This document shows positions 19,939-29,172 of a stretch of 64,000 bases of DNA, piece by piece. The first letter of the stretch is position 1, and each line of letters opens with the position of its first letter. This DNA is from an uncultured Oscillibacter sp. (GTDB lineage Bacteria; Bacillota; Clostridia; Oscillospirales; Oscillospiraceae), in the NCBI GenBank assembly GCA_947382875.1, contig CANDBG010000004.1, positions 7,067 to 71,066 of the forward strand. Reading direction: 5' to 3'. The notes beneath the pieces were generated by a model. That model was not told the origin of the DNA and ran no database searches. It saw only the letters and a list, made by a program, of their open reading frames with translations. The translations under genes and the position numbers were made by a program.

Positions 19939-21360
19939 TTATTCCTTTCCGGTCCAGCAATATGTGCAGATCTTGTCCCGGTCAATTCCAATTGCTTCCA
20001 ACAGACCGTCCATAGACTGGTATCCAAGGGAATCAAACCCCATTTCCTCACAAATTGCTTTCAGCATACATTGCCCCCGTTCCGTCGAGGCGTCGGCGTA
20101 CTCGTCCAGATGCTTTTGTCCTTCCTCGCCCTCCAAAGCCTGGATGGTCCGGCGGGACAGCAGTTCCATGGCCGACCGGCTTCTGGAGAAATTCAGGTAT
20201 TTGCAGCCATACATAATCGGCGGGCAGGCCGACCGCATATGCACTTCTTTTGCGCCGGATTCGTAGAGGAATTCCACAGTTTCCCGCAGCTGGGTTCCGC
20301 GAACGATGGAATCGTCCACAAACAGCAGCTTTTTTCCCTCGATCAGCTCCGGAACGGGAATCTGTTTCATTTTGGCAACCTGATTCCGCACGTCCTGGTT
20401 TGCGGGCATGAAGGAGCGGGGCCAGGTGGGGGTATACTTTACAAAGGGCCGGGCAAAGGGCTTTCCGCTCCGGTTCGCGTAGCCAATGGCATGCGGAACG
20501 CCGGAATCCGGTACACCCGCCACGCAGTCCACGTCGGGAATGCCGCCCCGCTCCGCCTCACGGCGCGCCATGACTTCGCCGTTGCGGTAGCGCATAATTT
20601 CCACGTTCATGCCCTCATAACGGGAGTTGGGATAGCCGTAATAGGTCCACAGGAACGCGCAGATTTTCATTTCATCCCCGGCAGGGGCGAGGGTCTGCCA
20701 GCCGTCTGCGGTGATGCGTACAATTTCTCCTGGCCCCAGCTCGCAGGCGTCCTGATAGCCTAATTTGTGGTAGGCGAAGGATTCAAACGAAACACAGCAG
20801 CCCTTTTCACTTTTGCCAATCAGCACCGGCAAACGGCCTACCCGGTCCCGGGCGGCAAGGATTCCCTCAGGCGTGAGAATCAGGATGGTCATGGAGCCTT
20901 TGATCTGTTCCTGAGCGTAACGGATGCCGGAAACCAGATCGTCTTTCTGGCTAATCAGCGACGAGACCAGCTCAGAGGCGTTTACCGCGCCGGAACTCAT
21001 CGCCATGAACTGGTGGTCGTGGTCAGAGAAATAGCGTTCCACCAGCTCTTGTGCATTGTTTATAATCCCTACGGTGGAAATGGCGTACAGACCCAGGTGG
21101 GAACGAATCAGCAGCGGCTGCGGGTCGGCGTCGCTGATGCAGCCAATTCCCGCGCTGCCGTGAAAATCGTTGAGGTCCTTTTCGAACTTTGTCCGGAAGG
21201 GTGTGTTTTCAATGTTATGAATCTGACGCCGGAATCCCCGTTCCGGATCGTAAACGGCCATACCGCCCCGGCGGGTTCCCAGGTGAGAATGGTAATCGGT
21301 ACCGAAAAAAACGTCCAGCGATACATCTTCCCGGCCAATCGCCCCAAAAAAACCGCCCAT
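19939..21360 (-). CDS. purF: amidophosphoribosyltransferase
   Basis: PDSG, VDDSIVRGT PRPP motif, C-terminal CTYCW. Confidence 0.9.
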   Translation of the reverse strand: MGGFFGAIGREDVSLDVFFGTDYHSHLGTRRGGMAVYDPERGFRRQIHNIENTPFRTKFEKDLNDFHGSAGIGCISDADPQPLLIRSHLGLYAISTVGIINNAQELVERYFSDHDHQFMAMSSGAVNASELVSSLISQKDDLVSGIRYAQEQIKGSMTILILTPEGILAARDRVGRLPVLIGKSEKGCCVSFESFAYHKLGYQDACELGPGEIVRITADGWQTLAPAGDEMKICAFLWTYYGYPNSRYEGMNVEIMRYRNGEVMARREAERGGIPDVDCVAGVPDSGVPHAIGYANRSGKPFARPFVKYTPTWPRSFMPANQDVRNQVAKMKQIPVPELIEGKKLLFVDDSIVRGTQLRETVEFLYESGAKEVHMRSACPPIMYGCKYLNFSRSRSAMELLSRRTIQALEGEEGQKHLDEYADASTERGQCMLKAICEEMGFDSLGYQSMDGLLEAIGIDRDKICTYCWTGKE

Positions 21361-21361
21361 G

Positions 21362-22075
21362 TCAGATTGCTCCCATCATGCGGCGCATGACTTCCTCATA
21401 AGCGTCTTCCACGCCGCCCAGGTCGCGGCGGAAACGGTCCTTGTCCAGTTTTTCGTGGGTCTTGGAGTCCCAGAGACGGCAGGTGTCCGGACTGATTTCG
21501 TCGGCGAGGACGATGGCGCCGTCGTCCAGACGGCCGAATTCCAGCTTGAAGTCCACCAGAGTTACGCCGCAGTCCGCCCAGAACTTTTTCAGGAAGTCGT
21601 TGACCTGGAAGGCGTATTTTTTAATGGTCTCAATTTCCTCGGGCGCAGCCAGTTTGAGGGCCAGGGCGTGATATTGATTCAGGAGGGGATCGCCCAGGTC
21701 GTCGTTTTTATAGGAGAATTCAATGGTCGGTTCATCAAACACAATGCCCTCCTCCACACCGTAGCGCTTGGCGAAGGAACCGGCGGAAATATTGCGGATA
21801 ATAACTTCCAGGGGGACGATGGACACCTTTTTCACCACCGTTTCCCGTTCGCTGATTTCTTCCACAAAATGGGTCGGAACACCGGCCTTTTCCAGTTTCG
21901 CCATAAAACGGTTTGTCATTTGGTTGTTAATCACGCCCTTGCCGGTGATGGTGCCTTTTTTCAGACCGTTGAAGGCTGTGGCGTCGTCCTTGTACTCCAC
22001 GATGAACAAAGAGGGATCGTCGGTTTTGAAAACTTTCTTCGCTTTGCCCTCATAAACCTGCTCTAACTTCTGCAT
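21362..22075 (-). CDS. purC: SAICAR synthetase
   Basis: YEGKAK, DFKLEFG, DEISPD. Confidence 0.97.
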   Translation of the reverse strand: MQKLEQVYEGKAKKVFKTDDPSLFIVEYKDDATAFNGLKKGTITGKGVINNQMTNRFMAKLEKAGVPTHFVEEISERETVVKKVSIVPLEVIIRNISAGSFAKRYGVEEGIVFDEPTIEFSYKNDDLGDPLLNQYHALALKLAAPEEIETIKKYAFQVNDFLKKFWADCGVTLVDFKLEFGRLDDGAIVLADEISPDTCRLWDSKTHEKLDKDRFRRDLGGVEDAYEEVMRRMMGAI

Positions 22076-22156
22076 GATCGGTTTCCTCCTAAAAATAGAA
22101 TCATTGATTGGTCTGTAACTTTTTAATTGAAAATACCTGCGGCCCGTTTTCTGCCT

Positions 22157-22648
22157 TTAATGCAGTTCCGCCTGAAGCCTGGCTTCCTTTTCCGCAATCT
22201 GAGCCGCCATTTCGGTTCGGGCGGCGTCCAGCTTGTCCGCAAGGGCGTCATCGGAAACGGCTAAAATTTGCGCCGCCAGGACGGCGGCGTTCTTTGCGCC
22301 GCCCACGGCTACCGTCGCCACCGGAATTCCGCTGGGCATTTGGACCGTGGACAGCAAAGCGTCCAGCCCGTCCATGGCGCCGCCCTTCATGGGGATGCCA
22401 ATGACAGGCAGGGTGGAATTTCCGGCAAACGCGCCGGCCAGATGCGCGGCCATACCCGCGGCGCAGATCAGCACGCCAAAACCATTGGCCCGTGCATTCC
22501 GGGCGAACTCCGCCGCCTGAGCAGGGGTGCGGTGCGCGCTCAAGATATGCGCTTCGTAAGGGATGCCGAATGCGTCCAGCTGAGTGCAGGCGGCTTTCAC
22601 GACCGGCCAATCCGAATCGGAACCCATAATGACAGCAACTTTCTTCAT
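22157..22648 (-). CDS. purE: N5-CAIR mutase / AIR carboxylase
   Basis: MGSDSD, SAHRTP, QMPSGIPVATV. Confidence 0.97.
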   Translation of the reverse strand: MKKVAVIMGSDSDWPVVKAACTQLDAFGIPYEAHILSAHRTPAQAAEFARNARANGFGVLICAAGMAAHLAGAFAGNSTLPVIGIPMKGGAMDGLDALLSTVQMPSGIPVATVAVGGAKNAAVLAAQILAVSDDALADKLDAARTEMAAQIAEKEARLQAELH

Positions 22649-22701
22649 ATTCATCCTCCATTCCTGAGGCCGCCCACAGCGGCGGCAGGTATCATATATG
22701 T

Positions 22702-22730
22702 ATTGTATCCGGTTCCCGTCCGCCCTGCAA
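22702..22730 (-). promoter_or_regulatory. sigma-A promoter of the pur operon
   Basis: TTGCAG-N17-TACAAT. Confidence 0.6.
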
Positions 22731-22876
22731 TTGGCAAATTTGACAGTTCGCGGCCTTTTCCTCTGCCGCACTTGTCATACTATTCTCAAAGAATCCGGTT
22801 TTTATCAGAAAATATTCTCAATTTCCGTCCGTTCACAGAAGGAAAAAACTTGAGACAAGATTTCCCAAGCTGCCTC

Positions 22877-22905
22877 TTGTCAAAAACCTAACAAAGTGCT
22901 ATACT
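22877..22905 (+). promoter_or_regulatory. sigma-A promoter of mtlD
   Basis: TTGTCA-N17-TATACT with TGn extension; GACAAGA/TCTTGTC inverted repeat overlaps the -35. Confidence 0.65.
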
Positions 22906-23008
22906 GTTCGCAAGGGCTTTTTGGCAAAATCCACCACGCCCTCCAGCGGGCTGGATTCTGCCGCCAATCCTGAACATCTGGAACCGTGTATTTTTAAGGA
23001 GGATGCTT

Positions 23009-24160
23009 ATGAGAGAAGCAATTATGTTTGGCGCGGGCGGAATCGGCCGGGGCTTTATCGGCGCGCTGCTGGAAAAAAGCGGCTGGCACGTCACCTTTGC
23101 CGACGTGGTGGAACCGATTATCAACGAAATCAATACCCGGAAGCATTATACCGTTCATATTCTCGACCAGGAGTGCGAAAACTGGGAGATCGAAAACGTC
23201 AGCGCCGTCCTTTCCACGGGGGAGGATGTTGTCAGGGCCATTGCCGCCTGTGACCTGATTACCACTGCCGTCGGTCCCCTGGTGGCTCCCATTATTGCAA
23301 AGCCAATTGCCGCCGGTATTAAAGCCCGTATGACTGCCGGCAACAAAGACCCGATGAATGTGGTTTGCTGTGAAAACGGTCTCCGGACGACGACGCGTCT
23401 CAAGGGCTTCGTCATGGAAAACCTCAACGAGGAGGAAAAAGCCTTTGCAGAGGCATACATCGGTTTTGCCGACTGCGCCGTCGACCGCATTTGCCCGAAG
23501 TCCTCCTTCGAAAACCCCCTCGACGCCGCGGTAGAGCGCTATATGGAGTGGGACGTGGAGCGTTCCGCCTGGAAGGGCGAGACGCCGGAAATCCAGGGAC
23601 TTACCTTTGTGGACAACCTCTTGGCCTACCTGGAACGCAAGCTCTTCACCCTGAACAGCGGACACGCTGTCTGCGCGTACCTGGGCCGTCTCCGGGGACA
23701 CAAGACCATTTTGGAGAGCATCCAGGACCCCGCCATAGGCGCAGTTGTCCACGCCGCCATGTGCGAGAGCGGCGAGGGCCTGATTAAAGAATTCAGCTTT
23801 GATGCCGATACACATCACGCTTATATTGAAAAGATTTTCAGCCGCTTCCACAATCCTTACCTTCAGGACGAAGTGGAGCGGGTAGGCCGGGAGCCAATCC
23901 GCAAGCTGGACCCCGCCGACCGTCTGATCAAGCCTCTGGCGACCGCGGCTTCCTACGGCCTGCCGGTGGACCATCTGATTTTCGGCGCGGCGGCGGCCAT
24001 GCGCTTTGACTGCCCGGAGGATCCCCAGAGCGTCGAGCTGATGAAGAAGATTCAGTCCGACGGACCCGCGGCGGCCCTGAAGGCTTACACCGGCTTCCAG
24101 CCGGAGAACCCCCTCTTTGGCCGGATTCTCGACGTATACCGCGCCTTGGCCCTGGTGTGA
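23009..24160 (+). CDS. mtlD: mannitol-1-phosphate 5-dehydrogenase
   Basis: FGAGGIGRGFIG, AVDRI, ERKLFTLNSGH, RVGREPIRKL. Confidence 0.9.
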   Translation: MREAIMFGAGGIGRGFIGALLEKSGWHVTFADVVEPIINEINTRKHYTVHILDQECENWEIENVSAVLSTGEDVVRAIAACDLITTAVGPLVAPIIAKPIAAGIKARMTAGNKDPMNVVCCENGLRTTTRLKGFVMENLNEEEKAFAEAYIGFADCAVDRICPKSSFENPLDAAVERYMEWDVERSAWKGETPEIQGLTFVDNLLAYLERKLFTLNSGHAVCAYLGRLRGHKTILESIQDPAIGAVVHAAMCESGEGLIKEFSFDADTHHAYIEKIFSRFHNPYLQDEVERVGREPIRKLDPADRLIKPLATAASYGLPVDHLIFGAAAAMRFDCPEDPQSVELMKKIQSDGPAAALKAYTGFQPENPLFGRILDVYRALALV

Positions 24161-24180
24161 TCGCTTAAAAAACGAAACAA

Positions 24181-24235
24181 TACTCCCCTATGAAAGACGG
24201 CGCTGCGTCCCCGCTTTCATAGGGGACGTATTTTT
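24181..24235 (+). terminator. long hairpin terminator after mtlD
   Basis: TCCCCTATGAAAG/CTTTCATAGGGGA followed by T-run. Confidence 0.7.
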
Positions 24236-24309
24236 CCGCCGCGGTTCGGATGGAACGCCGCCGGCAAATGGGTTTTTCCGGCAAAAAACGGTAAGATTCG
24301 GAATCACTC

Positions 24310-24338
24310 TTGCTATTTCTTCGCTGATTGTGTATGAT
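24310..24338 (+). promoter_or_regulatory. sigma-A promoter of the four-gene operon
   Basis: TTGCTA-N17-TATGAT. Confidence 0.65.
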
Positions 24339-24410
24339 AGCAGGAGACGCTTAATCGGAATGATCTTGCGGATTATTTGGAAATCACACAAATCAAACGG
24401 AGGGCAAATT

Positions 24411-26426
24411 ATGGGGTATACCATGCTGAAAACTCGACCCGGCGAGGCGCGGCAGGACGGCCTCCATTTGGAGGACGCCGCACTGTCTTTCCTGCGGGAC
24501 CGCTGTGAAGGACTGCGCTTCAGCCGCGAAAAAACGGAGACGGAACAGAAAACCGGACAATACCAGGGCGGCAGTCTGCGCCGGGGGGAAATTCCCTACA
24601 ATATGCAGATGGACATTGACCGGCTGTGTCTGGAAAACGCACTGCGCCGTTTTCTCCGCTCCGGACGGAAGGAGGACGCGTTTGACGTTTATTTCTGCTA
24701 CCTGGAAATGTTCGTGGGAGATTACCAGAAAACCCGGCGCGTGATCGAACTTCTCTCAGAATTCGAGGCCAACGGCAGCAAGCTCCTGATGAAACACCGT
24801 GACCATTATGTGCATTCGGTCTATGTTTTCGCCCTGGGCCTTGCCATTTATCAAACCAACTCCATTTATCGCAAAACCTATCAGGATTTGTACCAGATTC
24901 CGGAAGACGCCCCGGCTGCGTGTCACTTTTTGCAGTTCTGGGGCCTGACGGCCCTGTTCCATGACATTGGCTACCCCTTTGAGCTGCCCTTTGAACAAGT
25001 GGCGTCCTATTTCGAGGTGAGCGGCGATGACCGTAAGCAGCGGCCTTATGTGGCCTACCAGGCGGTCGACCCGTTTGTGAAAATCCCACGGGCTGTCGCG
25101 AAACAGCTTGCTGTCCTCTGCGGCGGCGCGGTCTACGAGACCATTGATGAACTCTTTGCCGGGCTTCTTGCGGAAAAGTTTTCCAAAACATACCTTTTCA
25201 CCGAAGCCCAGATGCTTCAGATTCTGCGGGACAAGCCTGCGCGTCCCAACCGGTTCGGCCATTTTATGGACCATGCCTATTTCAGCGCCGCCGTGCTGTT
25301 TAAGAAGTTATTCTGTGAGTTGAGCTGTTCCCTGCAAAAAGAACACCTTGACGCATTGAGCGCGATTCTGACCCACAACAGTCTTTACAAATTCAGCATT
25401 GCGTACTACAAGGAAGCGGGTAATCTGCCGCTGAAAGCCTCGCTCCATCCGCTGGCGTACCTGCTGATGCTTTGCGACGAGCTGCAATGCTGGGACCGTA
25501 CCGCCTACGGCCGCAACTCCAAACGGGAGCTGCATCCCATGGACTGCCGTTTCGACTTCCAAGGGAACCAGATTCACGCCGTTTACCTGTACGACAAACG
25601 GGAATCCGGCAAGGTGGACGCCTACAAAGCGGCTTACAGCGCTTGGCGGGAGCAGGAGCCGAACGACGCAGATCAAAAGGTATACAAGCTCTGGAAGGAG
25701 CGCAAACCCAAATTGAAAGCCTTTGACGGGATGTACGAAATGGACAAAAACAGCGTCCCGCATTTTCAGGCGGACATTGAACGGATTGTTGACCTCAGTG
25801 ACATCCGGCTTCACGTCTCCGCAGAACTGGCCGAAAACAAGCGTCAGCAGAACTACCTCTCCGACAGCACATTTTTAAGTCTCTACAATTTCGCCGTAGT
25901 GCTGAATGCCCGCTGGGACAGCAGCGATTGGAAAAAAGCCCGGGAAGCCGGTCAGGAGGAGACGTTTCTTCTGGCCGAAAACAACCTTCAGCGGTTCTCC
26001 AATGCCTTCCAGGAGCTGTCCCTGGAATATAAGCTCTCCAACATCAACCAGGCAAAAGCCTTTTCCCGTTACATGAGTGAAATCGGCTGCTTCTACACCG
26101 ACCGGCCTGTCGGCTTCGATCTTCTGGAGGACTTCACCACGGACGAACTGGAATTGATCGGAAAGCTGGAACACCAGCGCTGGCTTCAGGAGCACTGCGA
26201 CATGGGCTGGACCTACGGCGAGCCGGACCGCGCACAGCGGGAGCTGGTACGCCAGCACAAGGACATGATTCCCGGCTGGAACGGAACCGTCGTCTCGGAA
26301 GAACTGGCGGTAAAAAACTATCTCCGTCTGGACAAGGCCGAACAGGACAAGGATAAGGAACCGATGCTATGTATGCTGTCCCTGCTGCGGATGTTTGACG
26401 GATTACGAATTTACAAATTGCGCTAA
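24411..26426 (+). CDS. HD-domain phosphohydrolase fused to a C-terminal RyR-repeat domain
   Basis: HRDHYVHS...LFHDIGYP...DHAYFS...HNS...LCDELQCWDR (HD); SN...LEHQRW..GWTYG...HKDMIP...QDKD (RyR). Confidence 0.7.
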   Translation: MGYTMLKTRPGEARQDGLHLEDAALSFLRDRCEGLRFSREKTETEQKTGQYQGGSLRRGEIPYNMQMDIDRLCLENALRRFLRSGRKEDAFDVYFCYLEMFVGDYQKTRRVIELLSEFEANGSKLLMKHRDHYVHSVYVFALGLAIYQTNSIYRKTYQDLYQIPEDAPAACHFLQFWGLTALFHDIGYPFELPFEQVASYFEVSGDDRKQRPYVAYQAVDPFVKIPRAVAKQLAVLCGGAVYETIDELFAGLLAEKFSKTYLFTEAQMLQILRDKPARPNRFGHFMDHAYFSAAVLFKKLFCELSCSLQKEHLDALSAILTHNSLYKFSIAYYKEAGNLPLKASLHPLAYLLMLCDELQCWDRTAYGRNSKRELHPMDCRFDFQGNQIHAVYLYDKRESGKVDAYKAAYSAWREQEPNDADQKVYKLWKERKPKLKAFDGMYEMDKNSVPHFQADIERIVDLSDIRLHVSAELAENKRQQNYLSDSTFLSLYNFAVVLNARWDSSDWKKAREAGQEETFLLAENNLQRFSNAFQELSLEYKLSNINQAKAFSRYMSEIGCFYTDRPVGFDLLEDFTTDELELIGKLEHQRWLQEHCDMGWTYGEPDRAQRELVRQHKDMIPGWNGTVVSEELAVKNYLRLDKAEQDKDKEPMLCMLSLLRMFDGLRIYKLR

Positions 26427-26449
26427 ACGCGCGGAAAGGAGAAATCAGC

Positions 26450-27955
26450 GTGGAAGAATTGATCGGACTCGCTTACCTCAAGAAAAATGAAATCAAGGAC
26501 AAAACTTGTGATGACTCGCGCCCTTTTGCGTTCATCAGCTATTCCCATGATTCGCATGACTCTCAAATTGTGCGGAATGTCTTCATGAATCTTAATGCCA
26601 AGGGCTACAACCTCTGGATTGACACCGCCAATATGCCTCATGACGAGAATGCCTGGACGGTTTCCGCCCTGAAAGCCCTGCTGAGTAAAAATTGCAAGTT
26701 TGCCTTTTTCTTCCGCAGTGAAAGTTCCATGATAAAGGAAACCATTGCAAAGGAACTGGAAAAAATCAAAAATCTCGAACATATCGGGAGTATTGTCACT
26801 GTGGATATCTGGCAGAAAAAGGGCAATACAGCAGAGGAATGCGCCAAAGACATTCTCAATAGCTGTGTTTTTGAGCATATCGCCACTTGTGACAAAATTT
26901 GCAGCATCGTCAGCACGGCAAATTCGGCCATCCGTCTGGCGGCGGACGCACAGAACGACGTACGCAGGCTTGTAGAGGCGATGGAAGAAGAGTTAAAGCT
27001 CCGGGGCGTCATGCCCCAAATCGCAGACCCGCCTGGACCGCCAGACCCACCGGAACCGCCGGACCAGCCAGACCCACCGGAACCGCCAGAACCGCCGGGA
27101 CCAGAAAAACGCATCTCCCTCCCCGACTTTTTCAAAAAATACAAAACGGGAACCTTCAATAAGAACACATTCCAGACGGTCCGGCTGGTGGGCGAAGGCG
27201 AATATACAAAGTACACAACCGGCGTTTATGACTCGGTTTATGACGTAACCTGGGATTTCGTCATGAAGCTCCTGGCGGAGCGGGGCGAAGACTACATCCG
27301 GTTTGTCAACGAGCAAAATTCGGACAGCAAAAACCCGGTTTTCATTACCGCAGAGGAACACCAGAAGCGGAAAGAGGCAAAAAGCAACATCAATTACCGT
27401 CAAATCAGCGTGCCGGGTTTGGAAAACTATTCCATGAATCGTAATTACGCGCCGTTTGCCTGGGTACAGAATGTACTCCGCAAACGAATGGAGGAACTGA
27501 AAATGCCTCTGAGCGTCTTCACGTTTGAATACACGGAAGACAAAAAAACCGGCGGCATCACGGGAACGGTCAAGCTAAACGGCCAGCCAGAAAAGGAAAC
27601 CCGGAAACCCGGCGGCAAATACAACCTGACGCTCTACGGAACGTTTTACGAAAACCTGAACCTGAAACAAACATTGCTTATGGTCTTCCATCAAGCCCTG
27701 GACCGTCACCCGGACAAGCTGGATCTGCTGCTGGATAAGCTCCCATGTCTGGGGGAAAACCAACCCATTAGCCCGGATGCGAAGCCCGCCACCTTCCGCC
27801 AGGGGGAAACGCATGACGTGAACGGCCGCACCATTTCCATTGGTACTTCCTTGGGCGCCCCCTCTGTTATGAGCTACATTCAACGGCTCATGACGCTCTG
27901 CGAGGAACCCGAGGACTCCTGCAAGGTGGATTGTATCGATGCAGATAACCTATAA
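26450..27955 (+). CDS. TIR-domain protein with Pro linker and two SeqA-like C-terminal domains
   Basis: FAFISYSHD, YNLWID, SESS...KEL (TIR); AAGGAG RBS with GTG start; SeqA likeness judged by eye only. Confidence 0.75.
   Translation: MEELIGLAYLKKNEIKDKTCDDSRPFAFISYSHDSHDSQIVRNVFMNLNAKGYNLWIDTANMPHDENAWTVSALKALLSKNCKFAFFFRSESSMIKETIAKELEKIKNLEHIGSIVTVDIWQKKGNTAEECAKDILNSCVFEHIATCDKICSIVSTANSAIRLAADAQNDVRRLVEAMEEELKLRGVMPQIADPPGPPDPPEPPDQPDPPEPPEPPGPEKRISLPDFFKKYKTGTFNKNTFQTVRLVGEGEYTKYTTGVYDSVYDVTWDFVMKLLAERGEDYIRFVNEQNSDSKNPVFITAEEHQKRKEAKSNINYRQISVPGLENYSMNRNYAPFAWVQNVLRKRMEELKMPLSVFTFEYTEDKKTGGITGTVKLNGQPEKETRKPGGKYNLTLYGTFYENLNLKQTLLMVFHQALDRHPDKLDLLLDKLPCLGENQPISPDAKPATFRQGETHDVNGRTISIGTSLGAPSVMSYIQRLMTLCEEPEDSCKVDCIDADNL
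27026..27106 (+). repeat. 9-bp tandem repeat encoding an (xPP)n linker
   Basis: About 9 imperfect GAMCCRCCR units: DPPGPPDPPEPPDQPDPPEPPEPPGP. Confidence 0.85.
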
Positions 27956-29159
27956 ACAACTGGAGGCCCTGATTACGGACACCCGTTTTCAGGAGCTGAA
28001 ATTCCGGCAGGAGAAAACCAATGTCTTTACCATCGTCGGCCAGACCCACACGGAGCATTGGCACAGTTCCTTTCTCCGCTGGCTCCTGGACGCCCATTCC
28101 TCTCTGCGTCTGGGACATTTCCCTCTGGCCCGCCTCCTGACGCTGTACATGATTAAAAAACCGGACTGCGGCTTCACCCTCCGGGACCTGTATAACTGGG
28201 ATCTGGACGCTGTGCGGTTTTCCACAGAAAAAGACGCCTCCTTCAACGGAAAAAAGCGGTCCATTGATGTCTGCGGCGAAAGCCCGGAGCTGCTGCTTGT
28301 GATCGAAAACAAGGTAAACGCCCGGGAGAACTACAACGGCACCGGACAGGGCCAAACTCAGGACTATTATCATTATGCGGAATCCGTCCGGCGGCCGGGC
28401 CAGAGGACGCTTTACTTCTTCATTACCGCCAGTCAAAAGCAAACCTGTTATGCCGATATGTACGTCCAGATTTCCTATCAGGAACTCTTTGACAGCGTGA
28501 TCTCCAAATGCATCGCCCATCCCCAGGTCTCGGAGGATGGCCGGTATCTTCTGGAACAGTACGCCGCCAATCTGCGGGAAACCGTCCAGGGATCCAATAC
28601 CCCGATGGCTTTGGTGAACGTCAGCCTTTGCAAGTCCCTCTACAACCGTTATGCGGAAGTTCTGGACGGTGTTTTCCAAATTGTGGAGGAAACCGAGAAC
28701 TGCCGGAACAGCAGCGCCCCCGCCTGTATGGCCTACGAGCATTACCGGAATGTCTTCGACGAAATTTTCCTGTCGGTGGACGAGCGGTTCGGCCGGACGC
28801 CCAAAGCCCGTCTTCAGCGGCAGAGCGTGAACTTTACGGAATTGTACCGCCGGGGCGCGGTGACGGACGATATGGCGTTCCATATGGTTTTTGACGGAGA
28901 GACGTACCAGGCCCGGACGGTTCTGGACGACGATGGTCAAAACTGTTATTTCCAATTGCTGAACGACCAGGGCAAGCCTTTCCTCAAGGATGGACAAATC
29001 GTCGGCATTTACGAAAACCCTTTTCAGGCGGGGGTGGATGTCATCAACCTGAAACGGGAAAAACAGGGCGTTTCCGGACGGGTGAAAACCCTTCCGGAAA
29101 CCTCCTGCTGGACAAACGACGCCGGTTTAAGCGTCCAGGACCTGATGGACCGGTATTAA
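27939..29159 (+). CDS. PD-(D/E)XK nuclease (PDDEXK_4-like) with C-terminal RAMA-like domain
   Basis: EHWHSSFLRWLLD, SIDV...VIENKV...GQTQDYY; C-terminal FTELYRRG..YENPFQAG..W..GLSVQDL. Confidence 0.75.
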   Translation: MQITYKQLEALITDTRFQELKFRQEKTNVFTIVGQTHTEHWHSSFLRWLLDAHSSLRLGHFPLARLLTLYMIKKPDCGFTLRDLYNWDLDAVRFSTEKDASFNGKKRSIDVCGESPELLLVIENKVNARENYNGTGQGQTQDYYHYAESVRRPGQRTLYFFITASQKQTCYADMYVQISYQELFDSVISKCIAHPQVSEDGRYLLEQYAANLRETVQGSNTPMALVNVSLCKSLYNRYAEVLDGVFQIVEETENCRNSSAPACMAYEHYRNVFDEIFLSVDERFGRTPKARLQRQSVNFTELYRRGAVTDDMAFHMVFDGETYQARTVLDDDGQNCYFQLLNDQGKPFLKDGQIVGIYENPFQAGVDVINLKREKQGVSGRVKTLPETSCWTNDAGLSVQDLMDRY

Positions 29160-29172
29160 GGAGGCGGCTTTC

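Noticed and set aside
22655-22800. Purine or ZMP riboswitch, or PurBox, upstream of purE
   Set aside because: No recognisable aptamer core; the promoter leaves only a leader of about 45 nt; the CGAAC match is weak
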